A stretch of DNA of 64,000 nt from positions 2,720,699 to 2,784,698 of the forward strand of contig CM082581.2 in the NCBI GenBank assembly GCA_040954595.2. Direction: 5' to 3'. A program made the position numbers and the translations under genes. The notes beneath the pieces are model-generated. The model was not told the DNA's origin and made no database searches. It saw only the letters and a program-made list of their open reading frames with translations. Below are positions 47,701 to 58,652 of the stretch, one piece after another; the stretch's first letter is position 1; each line of letters begins with the position of its first letter. The stretch is from Balanoglossus misakiensis. Lineage: Eukaryota; Animalia; Hemichordata.

Positions 47701-50266
47701 AAAAGTGGCGTACGTTTCGAGTGGTCCCAGGAATTAGAGGACATATTCCGTGAGTCAAAAGAGGTAATTGTCCAAGAAATAGAGCACGGTGTCCGCATCT
47801 TTGACAAAACAAAACCAACATGCATAGCCACAGACTGGTCAAAGGACGGCATTGGATTCTGGCTACTACAGAAACACTGCTCATGCAGGCCAGTCAGGCC
47901 ATTCTGCTGCAGAGACGGATGGAAAATAACCCTCGTCGGTAGCAGATTCACACATGCAGCAGAATCCAGATACGCGCCCATAGAAGGGGAGGCTCTCGCT
48001 GTCGCAGATGCCTTGGACAAGGCACGCTACTTTGTACTGGGCTGCGAGAACTTAATCGTAGCGGTAGACCACAAACCGCTACTGAAACTCCTGGCAGACA
48101 GGTCTCTGGACGAAATACCCAACCCCCGCCTCAGAAACCTCAAGGAGAAGACCCTGCGTTACCGCTTCCGGATCGTACACATACCAGGTATGAAAAACAA
48201 GGCGGCAGATGCCATGTCACGGAGGCCGGTCGGCACCACGCAGCCATCACTCACGAAACTTCCGGACGACAATGCTACCATAGTGAGTCATCCCAACACA
48301 CACACCGAAATACTATCCCTCCTACGGCGTTCAGAACCAGAGGATGAACACAACAACGTAGAGAGCAACATAGCATGGTGTACCGCAGGCCTCAAATCAC
48401 TGCGATCGGTCACCTGGGACTGCGTCAGAGAGGCCACGTGCAGCGACAACGATATGCACATATTAGAGGAAATGGCAACGGATGGCATACCCGACTCGAA
48501 ATTTGAGATGCCAAAGACAATTCGTGACTTTCACCAACACCGCGAACACATCACATCGACAGACGGGGTGATTTTATACAAAGACAGAGTGGTCATACCA
48601 CCCTCTCTCCGCGATGAGGTGTTAAACGCCCTACACGCGGCCCATCAAGGCATATCAATGATGACCGCTCGCGCAGAATCCTCGGTGTTCTGGCCAGGCA
48701 TGTCGACTGACATCAAGACCACTCGAGAAAATTGCGAACACTGTCACCGAATGGCACCATCACAGCCCGGGGCACCGCCTACACCACCTGTCCCAGTTGT
48801 GTACCCTTTTCAGGCAGTTTGCTCGGACTTCTTCACACACAGAGGCGTACATTACCTCGTAACAGTAGACCGATACTCAAACTGGCCAATCATATCACAG
48901 TCAACAGGTGGCGCCACTGGCCTCATAAACCACCTACGCCGTGCTTTCGTGACATACGGAACTCCAGAAGAACTTACATCGGACGGGGGACCAGAATTCA
49001 CCTCCTCCGAGACCAGGGCATTCCTACACAGATGGGGTGTACACCACCGCCTCTCATCTGTGGCATTCCCCCACAGCAATTGCCGCGCAGAAATTGGTGT
49101 GAAGACGATGAAACGACTCATCACCAACAACACCGGCCCGAAGGGAGAACTTGACACTGACGCCGTACAGAGAGCGATACTACAATATCGTCACACACCT
49201 GACCCCGTCACGAAGATCTCCCCGGCAATGTGTGTCTTCGGCCACCCAATACGCGACTTCATCCCGGTTGTCCCAGGGAAATACAGACCACACGAGACAT
49301 GGCGGGAAACGCTGAAAGCAAGGGAAGAGGCCCTACGGAAACGCCACGTCCGCATGGCTGACAAATTGACAGAGCACACCAAACGACTTCCACCCCTGGC
49401 GGTTGGGGACTTAGTCCGCGTGCAGAACCAGACAGGAGCCCATCCTAACAAATGGGACAAGATGGGCAGTATTGTAGAAGTACGCCAACATGACCAATAC
49501 GTCATCAAGATTGATGGCTCGGGCCGAGTTACACTCCGAAACAGGAAATTTCTGCGCAAATTCAACCCTGTTCGCAAGGAAGAACCACCACCCAGATCAA
49601 TCTATGACGACATGGCTACACGTATCGCCATACCAACACCCGTCATAACACCGCCAATGACTGATGTCAACAGTGACCCCGCAACACCCTTAGGGTTTGA
49701 ACCACCCCCAGTGACCACACCGGTGAAAACACCTCATCACATGGCACCACCAAGTCCAGTCACACCGGCAACACTTGGCAGAATTACGCAACGGCGCATA
49801 TTTCATCAGACGCCTACTACAGCCCCCGAGACCTCGCGAGCTGATACTCCGCCAATACCCAACACAACACCCCCATCCATAGCAACGGGTCTACGTCGGT
49901 CCACAAGATCAACCAACGCGCCTACATGGCACAAGGACTACTCCATGGGATAGTCATCAGACTGTTATATTGTTACTTTGACATTTGTTCGTGCACACAG
50001 GATTATCATCCTATTTGTTACATTGAAGTTTTTTCACTTGCACAAATTTAACATTTTGCAGCCTTTATTCATGAGCATGAAAAAGACTCGGAGGGAGATA
50101 GAGAACATTACGTCATAGCAGATAGACGATCTTTATATTGATGCGCATGCGCGACCATGTTGCATTGCGAGACACTCTCTCACATTTCCAAAGTACTTGC
50201 TCTGTACGTGTTTGGTTATTGTTGTCACATAAAGTGATCAAACAAATAGAATCGTGTTCTTATTTA
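44766..50266 (+). mobile_element. Ty3/Gypsy LTR retrotransposon (Mag-like), intact
   Basis: 168-bp LTRs at 44766-44933 and 50099-50266, identical by eye. 5-bp TSD ATAAC (44761-44765, 50267-50271). Purine tract AAAAAGACTCGGAGGGAGA before the 3' LTR. Confidence 0.95.
45169..49953 (+). CDS. Gag-Pol polyprotein, 1594 aa, single ORF
   Basis: Zinc knuckles CVYC..H..C and CQKCGRQNHLDRAC, protease ADTGC, RT (RRTVDFQALN, DAWNGYH, CVDD), RNase H (TDWS, DHKPL, ADAMSR), integrase HHCC and D-D-E (SDFF, SDGGPEF, AEIGVK). PR-RT-RH-IN order. Confidence 0.96.
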   Translation: MAPVNARCPIENCDYAATHTEAAIVAAMLNIHATVHTAAPNAPGGNAKVEKLRRPTIALAGTSETWSYFITRWEEYKTGTKLTGPDVVSQLLECCEEDLRKDLTRSAGRSLANNNEKDVLAAMRALAVRAENTMVARVALSNMRQGHEEPVRSFHARIKGQADTCKYTMKCTKAGCEQINDFTEEILRDVIARGIADQEIQLDLLGEKNQNMLLKDMIEYIEAKESGRRSASSLLDPRSSDAISSSYRRVKQRDVRTKKRAGPEKPKIKPEGTCVYCNEGGHGKTPQWHIRRTECPAYGKKCQKCGRQNHLDRACRSSRPARPPPNETDEVYNEQTAVFTELCTATTTHTNDELCTLPLDHHLYDDMCNKWMKRVSSPQPYVNVTLTSEREDYKALGFDLPKRTRTVSLPAMADTGCQSCLIGIKVAQKMGLSTADLIPVSMTMKAANNEGIRILGAAVIRFAGDTDNARKLVTRQIAYVTDSTDRIFLSRAACVDLGMISDKFPTLGEVNLTSSESCDCPRRAEPPTKPTTLPMPATEANREALQKHLLELYAQSTFNTCPHQTLPKMTGPPLPLMLDEDATPVAHHTPIPVAVHWQDEVKAGLDQDVRLGVLEEVPIGTPVTWCHRMVICAKKNGKPRRTVDFQALNKHAFRETHHTQSPFHQARRVPNGKRKTIFDAWNGYHSVPLHEDDRHKTTFITPWGRYRYLSAPQGYMASGDGYSRRYDELVADIGNKIKCVDDTLLWSDTIEESYFQAVEWLDICGRNGIVLNPQKFVFSAPTVDFAGFTITMTDVRPCSRYLEAIHNFPRPRNITDIRSWFGLVNQVAYAFSMTKRIQPFRKLLKSGVRFEWSQELEDIFRESKEVIVQEIEHGVRIFDKTKPTCIATDWSKDGIGFWLLQKHCSCRPVRPFCCRDGWKITLVGSRFTHAAESRYAPIEGEALAVADALDKARYFVLGCENLIVAVDHKPLLKLLADRSLDEIPNPRLRNLKEKTLRYRFRIVHIPGMKNKAADAMSRRPVGTTQPSLTKLPDDNATIVSHPNTHTEILSLLRRSEPEDEHNNVESNIAWCTAGLKSLRSVTWDCVREATCSDNDMHILEEMATDGIPDSKFEMPKTIRDFHQHREHITSTDGVILYKDRVVIPPSLRDEVLNALHAAHQGISMMTARAESSVFWPGMSTDIKTTRENCEHCHRMAPSQPGAPPTPPVPVVYPFQAVCSDFFTHRGVHYLVTVDRYSNWPIISQSTGGATGLINHLRRAFVTYGTPEELTSDGGPEFTSSETRAFLHRWGVHHRLSSVAFPHSNCRAEIGVKTMKRLITNNTGPKGELDTDAVQRAILQYRHTPDPVTKISPAMCVFGHPIRDFIPVVPGKYRPHETWRETLKAREEALRKRHVRMADKLTEHTKRLPPLAVGDLVRVQNQTGAHPNKWDKMGSIVEVRQHDQYVIKIDGSGRVTLRNRKFLRKFNPVRKEEPPPRSIYDDMATRIAIPTPVITPPMTDVNSDPATPLGFEPPPVTTPVKTPHHMAPPSPVTPATLGRITQRRIFHQTPTTAPETSRADTPPIPNTTPPSIATGLRRSTRSTNAPTWHKDYSMG

Positions 50267-51064
50267 ATAACTATTCCCCAACGTATGAGTTTGTGGTTTG
50301 TATCAATATGCCAGAGTTGATTTGGGCCTTTAACATTGTACACATGCCTCAGTAATCTACCACGTTTCCTTGCTTCAACTCCATTTCCATCAATGCGGTG
50401 TACACTATCCCTAAGTCTCTGGTGTTGTACTTTAATTCCAGTCTTTTCCATGAGCAAGTGCGTCAACATGTTATGCCCACAATAGGGGAACTCTTTTGTT
50501 AGTTCCTCCATATGAACATCAAGTTCTTCATCTAAAATATCACTAAACATCATTTTGCTGAGCCCATACTGTCTCATTCTACGGTATATTGTACTTTCTG
50601 ACACAATGAGCATTGAGGCTATTTCTGAGATCTTGAATCCTTGGTCCAAATGGGTTTCCAAAATGTGTCTAGGTATGAGAAATTGAGGAGCACCAGAAGA
50701 ACTTTGCACTTGTGGAGGAGTTCCACTGCCAAATGTTACACATGCTGTACGCAAAGCCATTTGATCAGCAGGGTTTTTCAAACCAACAGATTCCAGTTCA
50801 TACCTTGACAAGTTACACACAATGTCAGGTGTTATGTTCTCCATGTCAAATGTCCTGGATAGATGCCCAAGGTTTAGTTGAAGCAGTAAAGCTGACATAT
50901 TTGTCACTGAATCCATTTTTGCAAAATCTGCAAACTCCAATTCAATATGGCAGACTGAATATGAAGCTACGCATCATGGGATATCCATAAAATATCAACC
51001 ATTAGATACAAAATAATCAACATATAAGAACTAGCTGTCATCCCACATAATATATATTCTCAAC

Positions 51065-51760
51065 ACATAAGGAAAAAACCTCACCACATCATACCATTAC
51101 ATCATCACATAAGGAGATAACCTCACCACATCGTTACATTACATCATCACATAAGGAAATAACCTCACCACATCATGACATTACATCATCACATAAGGAA
51201 AAAACCTCACCACATCATGACATTACGTCATCACATAAGGAAAAAACCTCACCAAATCATGCCATTACGTCATCACATAAGGAAATAACCTCACCACATC
51301 ATTACATTACGTCATCACATAAGGAAAAAACCTCACCACATCATGACATTACGTCATCACATAAGGAAAAAACCTCACCACATCATGCCATTACGTCATC
51401 ACATAAGGAAATAACCTCACCACATCATTACATTACGTCATCACATAAGGAAAAAACCTCACCACATCATGCTATTACGTCATCACATAAGGAAATAACC
51501 TCACCACATCATTACATTACGTCATCACATAAGGAAAAAACCTCACCACATCATGACATTACGTCATCACATAAGGAAAAAACCTCACCACATCATGCCA
51601 TTACGTCATCACATAAGGAAATAACCTCACCACATCGTTGCATTTCCCCATCACGTCAAGTAATAACCTCACCACGTCGTTGCATGTCCTCATCACGTAA
51701 AGCAATAACCTCCCCACATATTTGCATTTCCCCATCATGTCAAGTAATAACCTCACCACA
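51065..51760 (-). repeat. Right subterminal 42-bp minisatellite (~16 copies), inverted relative of the left array
   Basis: Unit CACATAAGGAAAAAACCTCACCACATCATGACATTACGTCAT. The outermost units (51620-51760) are reverse complements of the left-array unit. Confidence 0.92.
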
Positions 51761-52927
51761 TAAAGTTGTCACACATCATAAGACAGTCATGGCTTTCCAT
51801 AATTTTACTCAATCGCTTAAGAGACTGCTTTGGTCTTTCAGATACTGTTCTCATGTGGTTTAAATCATACCTTTCCAATCGTAGTCAGTGTGTACTTGTA
51901 AATTCCACCCAATCACCTTTCTATCCACTCGACACTGGGGTACCACAGGGATCAGTTCTTGGTCCCATACTTTTCAATATGTACACGTCTCCATTAGGTG
52001 AATTAGTTCCTTTTTCAATGTCGAATTTTATGTTTTGACTGAATTTGCGTGTCACCTGACAGGTCTTCGCATTCATCAGAAGCTATCGTGCGTCGCTGAG
52101 ATTTGATTCTTCATAAAAGAAAATTATTTCATAACCATACCAAATAAAACATTTCCAGAAATTTAGAAGTTTGCAGACTTTTCTGCTAGTTGTCTATTTA
52201 GTGTTGAAGTCACGCTGAACTGCCAAATTTAACACAGACTCGCCGTCAACACTCAAACAGTGTACTTCTTCTACGAGTGTGTCCTGTAACTGCCTTCCTT
52301 CAATAACCATACAACAACAAATAGACGGTAAACGTTTATGCAATACCAATGGATTTATGTTTTTAAACTGGTCGACAGTCGGGAAGTATGCATGAACAAT
52401 CGATTGATTGGATTCCCCAGCGATACTATTGTATCTTGTGATTTTTTGTAGTGAAACTGTGGAAATCGGCAGGCTGCATTGCCAGTTGTTCTGCACATGC
52501 GCAGTTCCTCTGTCTTGAAAGAAAAGTCAAATTTCACCAACTTATAAATGTTCATTCGGAAAATAAACCCCAAATGTTTTCTTTGTGACCAAAAATACTG
52601 CCAGTGTGATTTTGTGCTCAAATCCAAGCTATTATTATTTAAATTGACTTGTGATACCCTCTCTTAGCACAAAAAGCATAATTTCAGCCCCAAAATGGTT
52701 GCCATAGAAACATGTGATCACTAAACGGATATCAATTTTTTTGTGGAAATCGGACCAATTATTATTAAAATTATTATTTTTATATAATTCTTTACTTAAT
52801 TAAAATCTGACTTTGAGGCACATATTACCTTAATTTTGATCAAAATTTAATTAGCCAACCAAGGAACATGCATACTGGTACCTTCCTTCTAGTATTTAAG
52901 AGGGAACCAGTTTTGGCCAAATCATTG

Positions 52928-55900
52928 CAGTCAGGTGGAGATTTGAGAAATTGTGACCCTCTCTGGCATTTTTTGGTACAAGCAAACCAAATATGTTTTT
53001 TGGTCAATTCGACTACGCTGATTTCGAAAATGCCTGTTCCCAAAAGATCTTTTTGAGATAAGAGCCTCGTTTTGGCAAATCAAATATGGCCGCCAAGGAT
53101 CGCAATTCTCACATGAATAGCATCAATGAAATGTTCACGTACCTCCTTAAACAATGAAACTAAACTACATGTTTACATCAACAACTTTTTTTGGTTGTAT
53201 AAACACAAAATAGCAACAATAAAACAATAATTATGCAAAAATTTGCATATTGTATGAATAATTCGTTGATTTTTGGCTACCAAATAATAATAAAGCTAGG
53301 TGTAACAGTACATGTACTGAAAACTCACAAGCATTGGAAAAAATTACCTCTTCTTTATTTTAATAAAGGACTTAAGCCTTGTTCAAAACAATACTTCAAG
53401 TGTGAAGTTCATTTTGAGATAAGAGCCTCGATGTGGCAATTCAATATAGCCGTCTAAAGCCCTGTAGTGGAGCGGCCAAACCCTAATTTTCATAGCGATT
53501 GTGCATTTTGTGATAAAAGCACCAAACTTGGCTCAGATGTGTGTTAATGTGTACTAAACAAATTCAGATAGGGAGCCACTAAATATCTGTTGATGGGTTT
53601 CCATGGCAACCAATTTTTCAAAATGGCCACCAATACAGATAATTTCACCCACCAAATAACATCTGTAAACACCAAAATAAATTTAGATTACTATATTTGA
53701 TACAAGGAACTGTGGAAAGAATAATTTGCAAAGATATTATGGTTACTAAACTACTTATAGGGGTAAGTAAGTTATCAAAACACAATTTAAAGGCACAACT
53801 TTTAATCCCTTTCGGATTAATAGGTGCTCCTCTAGAAGTCAAACCATACTGTCTATGGTCAAACATTAGGCTAATTGCGATATTTAACTTGCAGTACGTA
53901 AATTACACATATGAATCAATACAGTTTACCACCTTAGCTAATGATAATCATATAAACAGATCACCGATATATTCGAATTGCACACGGATGTGGGCTTGGC
54001 TTACTCGTGACTGGTAAAATTTCCTTATCAACTTAATAGGAGAGTCCACTGCCTGAAATAGACGTTGATCCAAACTGAGTCCGCGGTCGTCACGTTTATT
54101 GGTCAACAGACATGTCTTGATACTTTAGATCATGTATCAGTTCCACTCCAGCAATTTGGGCGACTGTTAACAGAGTTGACCAAAAGATAAATGGTGTCTA
54201 TGATTCCAAACTCATAAAAATTACACCGGAGGACACAACATTATTTTATTTGTCGAGAATAGTGTCCATCATGCCATAAATATTGTCAAAAATGTGTGTT
54301 AATTATAGAAACCCAACTAAATATACAAGCAGTTGGCCTTTAGATTGGTAAATGGAAAAACAGGTCTTATTGCAATTTTCTGGGATTAGGTGCCCCAAGG
54401 CTCCCAACAAGTCACTTGGAATGTACTTCCATTCTAATATCTCAATGTGTAAAGATCTGACTTTGCAAGAGATATTACGGAAAACTTCATTTCATTTAAT
54501 AGCATGAAGTAAGCGAAATCTTACTCTTTACAGAAAAGCTGTGATCCTGAAGACTTTTGGTGTTTTGAAGCTTATTTTCACTTTATCATTTTATTCTTTG
54601 ATTTTGGGGGTTCAAAAAACACAAAATAACATGTCAAAAAAGAATGCTGACTATCATCAAGGTGCGATTAAAATTATCGATAACATGAGCAATACAAAGC
54701 ACTTCAAGCGACTTCATCAAAACGCTTTCCGAAGGACAAGTATTGGATGAAAAGTTTGAAACAGATTTTGATTTTGATTCCTAACATCTATCTATGTACA
54801 TGCACCCTAGACATAGTTTGTTTCTATAGTAACTTTAACAAACCAATCGACTGTCATGATACTGGCTTTCTGCCACCATTTTATGGGGAAGTGATTCTTT
54901 ATTTGCATGAATCATTTGATGAAGATAAAATAGAAAAGCTAGATTCTGCACTGATTCAAACTGGTCAGATCAATTTATAAGGTTGAGAAATAAGATGCCG
55001 TTTTTTCCTGGGTTGACTAAATTTGGAATTTTGTTCATCAAAGATATTTGTATGGGGAAAATAACGAATCAACTGAGCTTTACTTGTTAAACTTTTATCA
55101 CAAAATGCCCAAATGTTACGAAAATTGTGTTTATGCCAGGCCACTATTATAATATATATATATGGTTATACAGTGTTTTAACTAAGTTTGTTGTATCCGG
55201 GGTTATTACCAAACTTGAATTTCTTTAGCGACTGAATCTCGATCCTGTATTTACCCCTATAACTAGTTTAGTGATGATAAATATTTTGAAAATTACTCTT
55301 TGAGCAGTTTCTTGTTTCAAATATTGTAATATGAATTTATTGTGGTGTTTTATAATCGTTATTTTGTGGGTGAGATTATCTGTATTGGCGGCCATTTTGA
55401 AAAAATGAAAAAAATGGTTGCCATGGAAACTCATCAACAGATATTGTGGCTCGCTATCTGAATTTGTTTAGTACACATTAACGCACATCTGAGCCAAGTA
55501 TGACACCCAAGTGGATTAAACATACATGTATATACATGTTGCCTCACTGACACAATCTTCACTTTGCACACAGTATCATATATAAAAACGTAATAAAAAT
55601 ACACATTACTCTTTACTTATGAAGATAAATTGTTGATAGAGACCGGGTTTCAAAAAAACACCGAGGACGTCGGGCCATCAGTGTGCATTCAACGTCTTAT
55701 AACTAAGCATGAATATACGGTGATGGCATAATGTGAGTGTGGCCATACGATGCTTTCGCTATTAATGAACAACTTGTACGTTAACAAATGCCAGTTTTGT
55801 TTGCAAAAAGTATGTTTTTGGCTTTTCACAACATTGAACATACATTCATAGTTCAATAACTTGTGAATTGTGGACCTAAACGTTCATACGTTCAATGTTC

Positions 55901-57026
55901 TGGTGTTTTTTAACGGAGCGATCGGTCACGATGTTACCAACGAGCATGTACAGTCTAAACTAAATCCTCGTTGTGTATGTTTATTTGTTTGTTTTTGTTG
56001 TTTTTACATGCTATTACATACAAATATGAAAAGTTTCATTTCAGTTATTCATTAAAATGCAAACATTTGCCAAAAACATGTGAATAGACACCTCACTGGC
56101 CATAGTCGTATCATTAGCTTTCAATTGTCAATTTTAGCATGACATCATGAGTAATTAAGCTAATTTTGCATATTTTCCATGCTGCACCTTGTCTGACAAG
56201 GTAATCGATTGCATATTTGAATTCCTTGACCCTGAAAACATTGGAATAGACACCTCACTTAACACTGTTGGCTCTCTTTTGTAGACCATTGATTTTAGAT
56301 GGGCGTGTCACCTAATTAACATAAATTAGCATTTTTACCAATTCACCAAACGTTTCTAAATTTAAAAAAATGCTTAAAAATATTTAAATGAATGTAAGAA
56401 TATGATTTCAATGGACTATTATGGTGTTGACCTGTGATATTGCACCATAATGGCTACAAACAGCGTTTTCTTTTAGGTATTTTGAAATTATGACGTCACA
56501 AATTAATTTGCCATTTTCGACATGAAAACGTGAAAAGAATTTTTGGGAACAGGCAAATTCGAAATCAGCGTATTCGAAATATCCAAAAACAACTTGTTCC
56601 CAGCTTGTACCAAAAAAAATGAATGACATGCTTTTAAAATGCTCATTTTCTGAAATTTCCACCTGGACCTAATTAACATAAATTAGCATTTTACCAATTC
56701 ACAAAATGTTTCTTAATTAAAAAAATTGTTTAAAAATATTTAAATGAATATAAGAATATGATTTCAATAGACTATTATGGTGTTGACCTGTGATATTGCA
56801 CCATAATGGCTACAAACAGCGTTTTCTTTTAGGTATTTTGAAATTATGACGTCACAAATTAATTTGCCATTTTCGACATGAAAACGTGAAAATTTGAATT
56901 TTTGGGAACAGGCAAATTCGAAATCAGCGTATTCGAAATATCCAAAAACAACTTGTTCCCAGCTTGTACCAAAAAATGCCTGACATGCTTTTAAAATGCT
57001 CATTTTCTGAAATTTCCACCTGACTA
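52928..57026. mobile_element. Degenerate foldback DNA transposon, Academ-like ends
   Basis: CAGTCAGGTGGAGATTT.. vs ..AAATTTCCACCTGACTA, flanked by TTG/TTG. Further inverted blocks 52970-53045 vs 56900-56975 and 53530-53790 vs 55250-55500. The family is inferred from YAG..CTA ends and a 3-bp TSD. Confidence 0.55.
56311..57022. repeat. ~356-bp tandem duplication of that element's right end
   Basis: CCTAATTAACATAAATTAGCATT at 56311 and 56668; both copies end AAATTTCCACCTG. Confidence 0.9.
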
Positions 57027-57186
57027 TTGGGAATTATAGCAACATTCTGCTGGTCAATGCATGTACAATGGTGACAACACCAGTCTTCAGGTACTACTAT
57101 TCCCTGAAAGCCTCATGAAATGCCAAATTTCACATTTTTTCCAAAAATCAAATCTTCTACCTTTTATATAAAATCTTCATCATTAA

Positions 57187-57533
57187 AGGGACAAAGTCTC
57201 TCTCTCGCAGCACTTTTTCCATTAATTATGTTTGATACATGATGCCGTTGATGTTATTCTACATGTGGATATATGGTGAATCAACATTCGACCACACACA
57301 ACTTCCATCTCGTTAGTTGGATAGGAGAGTAAAAACTCCCCAAAAATGAATAAATGGTAAAGAGCGATTATTCATTTTGGCGAGTTTTTTCACTCTCCTG
57401 TCTATAAGAGGGATGGAAGTTGTGTGTGGTTGAATGTTCGTTCACTATATATCCACATGTAGAATAACAAACATTGTCTCTTATGTAATATAATTAATGG
57501 AAAAAAGGGCAGCAAGAGAGAGACTTTGTCCCT
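57187..57533. mobile_element. Palindromic MITE, Kolobok-like
   Basis: AGGGACAAAGTCTCTCT..AGAGAGACTTTGTCCCT with TTAA at 57183-57186 and 57534-57537; the arms pair almost to the centre. Confidence 0.88.
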
Positions 57534-58652
57534 TTAATCTAGATTACTTGTATTTGCATTTGATTCTGTTTATTAACTCTTGGCGATGCATACCACAATA
57601 GTTGTGAACTCTTTTTATAGAGGCTGATTTAACAGGTGTGGCGCCTATTTAATATATCACTTGTTCAAATTGCAACATACAGCCACAATCGGGCGTCGGT
57701 AACATATTCATGTAGGCCTATCAGTAAGCTTATTTAGATGGACCAATCTATGTTGGAAGTCAAATCATGAAAATAATGCAACAAGTGGCAGCTCCTAGTC
57801 TTAGGGCTTCAATGACATTATATTTGGGGCTTGTATAGATCCAGAAGTTGCATAATGTGCTCACTGTACACGTGGGATCCTGTGTTAAAGAAGCACACAA
57901 ATTCTCCAACATTTTGGCAATATAGCCCAGTTGATCAGGAAAGGGCAACAAAAGTTTAGTCAAACAAGATACTAGTACCGGTATTGACAAACATTGGCCA
58001 TCTATGGTAGATATCCATATGTTATCAATTTCACTGCTCTATTAGCAAAAGGCAAACCATTAAAATTTAAAACTGCATGTGTAGATTTTAGATAAATTAA
58101 CTCTGTAACTGGGCCTGATCATGCGCCTTGAAATGGCAGGGGTCCGACATTCTGTGTTGATTTCAGAGCATACAACATGTTCCAGTACATACACAATGAA
58201 TTGTATGTTTTCTCAAAATTTTATGTATAAGGCTACGGAATATAATATAACCATGCAATGCATATTGGCTGGCTGTCTCCTGCCTTTTAATGTTTCACTA
58301 TTCAGAGGTGTACAGAGGCTTGATTGATTGATTGTTTGAAGTCACAGTGCAGTTGTTGTTTTGTAGTATCCGCTTAGTTGTTGTTCTTAGGGAGCATTCG
58401 TTTTTTACAGGGAGGGGGGGGGGCGGTGGAATTTGAGTCGCCGACTAAATGTAAAAGGCAACCCCCCCCCCCTCGAAATTACTTTTCTAAAATGTGTCCC
58501 CCCCTAAATTCTTCAATTGTAAAATGTGACCCCCCCCCCCAAAAAAAAGTTTATCCACCGGATTAAACTTATCAAACTTTGTCAGATATTGGTGTATGTT
58601 CGACATACCACATAATCAACCATGAAACCTAGTCTACATAGTTCCTTGATTT

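Larger units (their letters stand above)
44007..50940 (-). pseudogene. SAM + HTH + DDE (integrase-core) transposase of the IS3EU-like element, disrupted
   Basis: 50940-50267 (SAM-like N-terminus, KISEIASMLIVSESTIYRRM HTH, LWHIDTNHKLIRWGIV) continues across the Gypsy insertion as IIGGIDGVSR..YGIPSRV*SDKGMENV..GSSVHNQRIERLWRD. In-frame stop at 44631-44633; probable frameshift near the 3' end. Confidence 0.88.
34962..51801. mobile_element. IS3EU-like DNA transposon with two convergent genes
   Basis: TIRs TATGGAAAGCCATGACTGTCTTATGATGTGTGACAACTTTATGTGGTGAGG.. and the exact reverse complement ending at 51801. 6-bp TSD ATTTTA (34956-34961, 51802-51807). Encodes an IS3/retroviral-type integrase-core transposase. 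TAY..RTA ends with a 6-bp TSD match IS3EU as I recall the family. Confidence 0.88.
34830..52000 (+). pseudogene. CR1/L2-clade LINE reverse transcriptase remnant, split by the IS3EU-like element (parts ~34830-34961 and 51802-52000)
   Basis: ALDEKREVFLALLDLSAAFDTVNHTIL (left) continues in frame, after removal of the insert and one TSD, as LNRLRDCFGLSDTVLMWFKSYLSNRSQ..GVPQGSVLGPILF (right). Confidence 0.9.

Noticed and set aside
51065-51760. CRISPR-like array (also 35003-35420)
   Set aside because: Contiguous 42-bp tandem units without unique spacers, eukaryotic context, no cas genes; these are transposon subterminal repeats.
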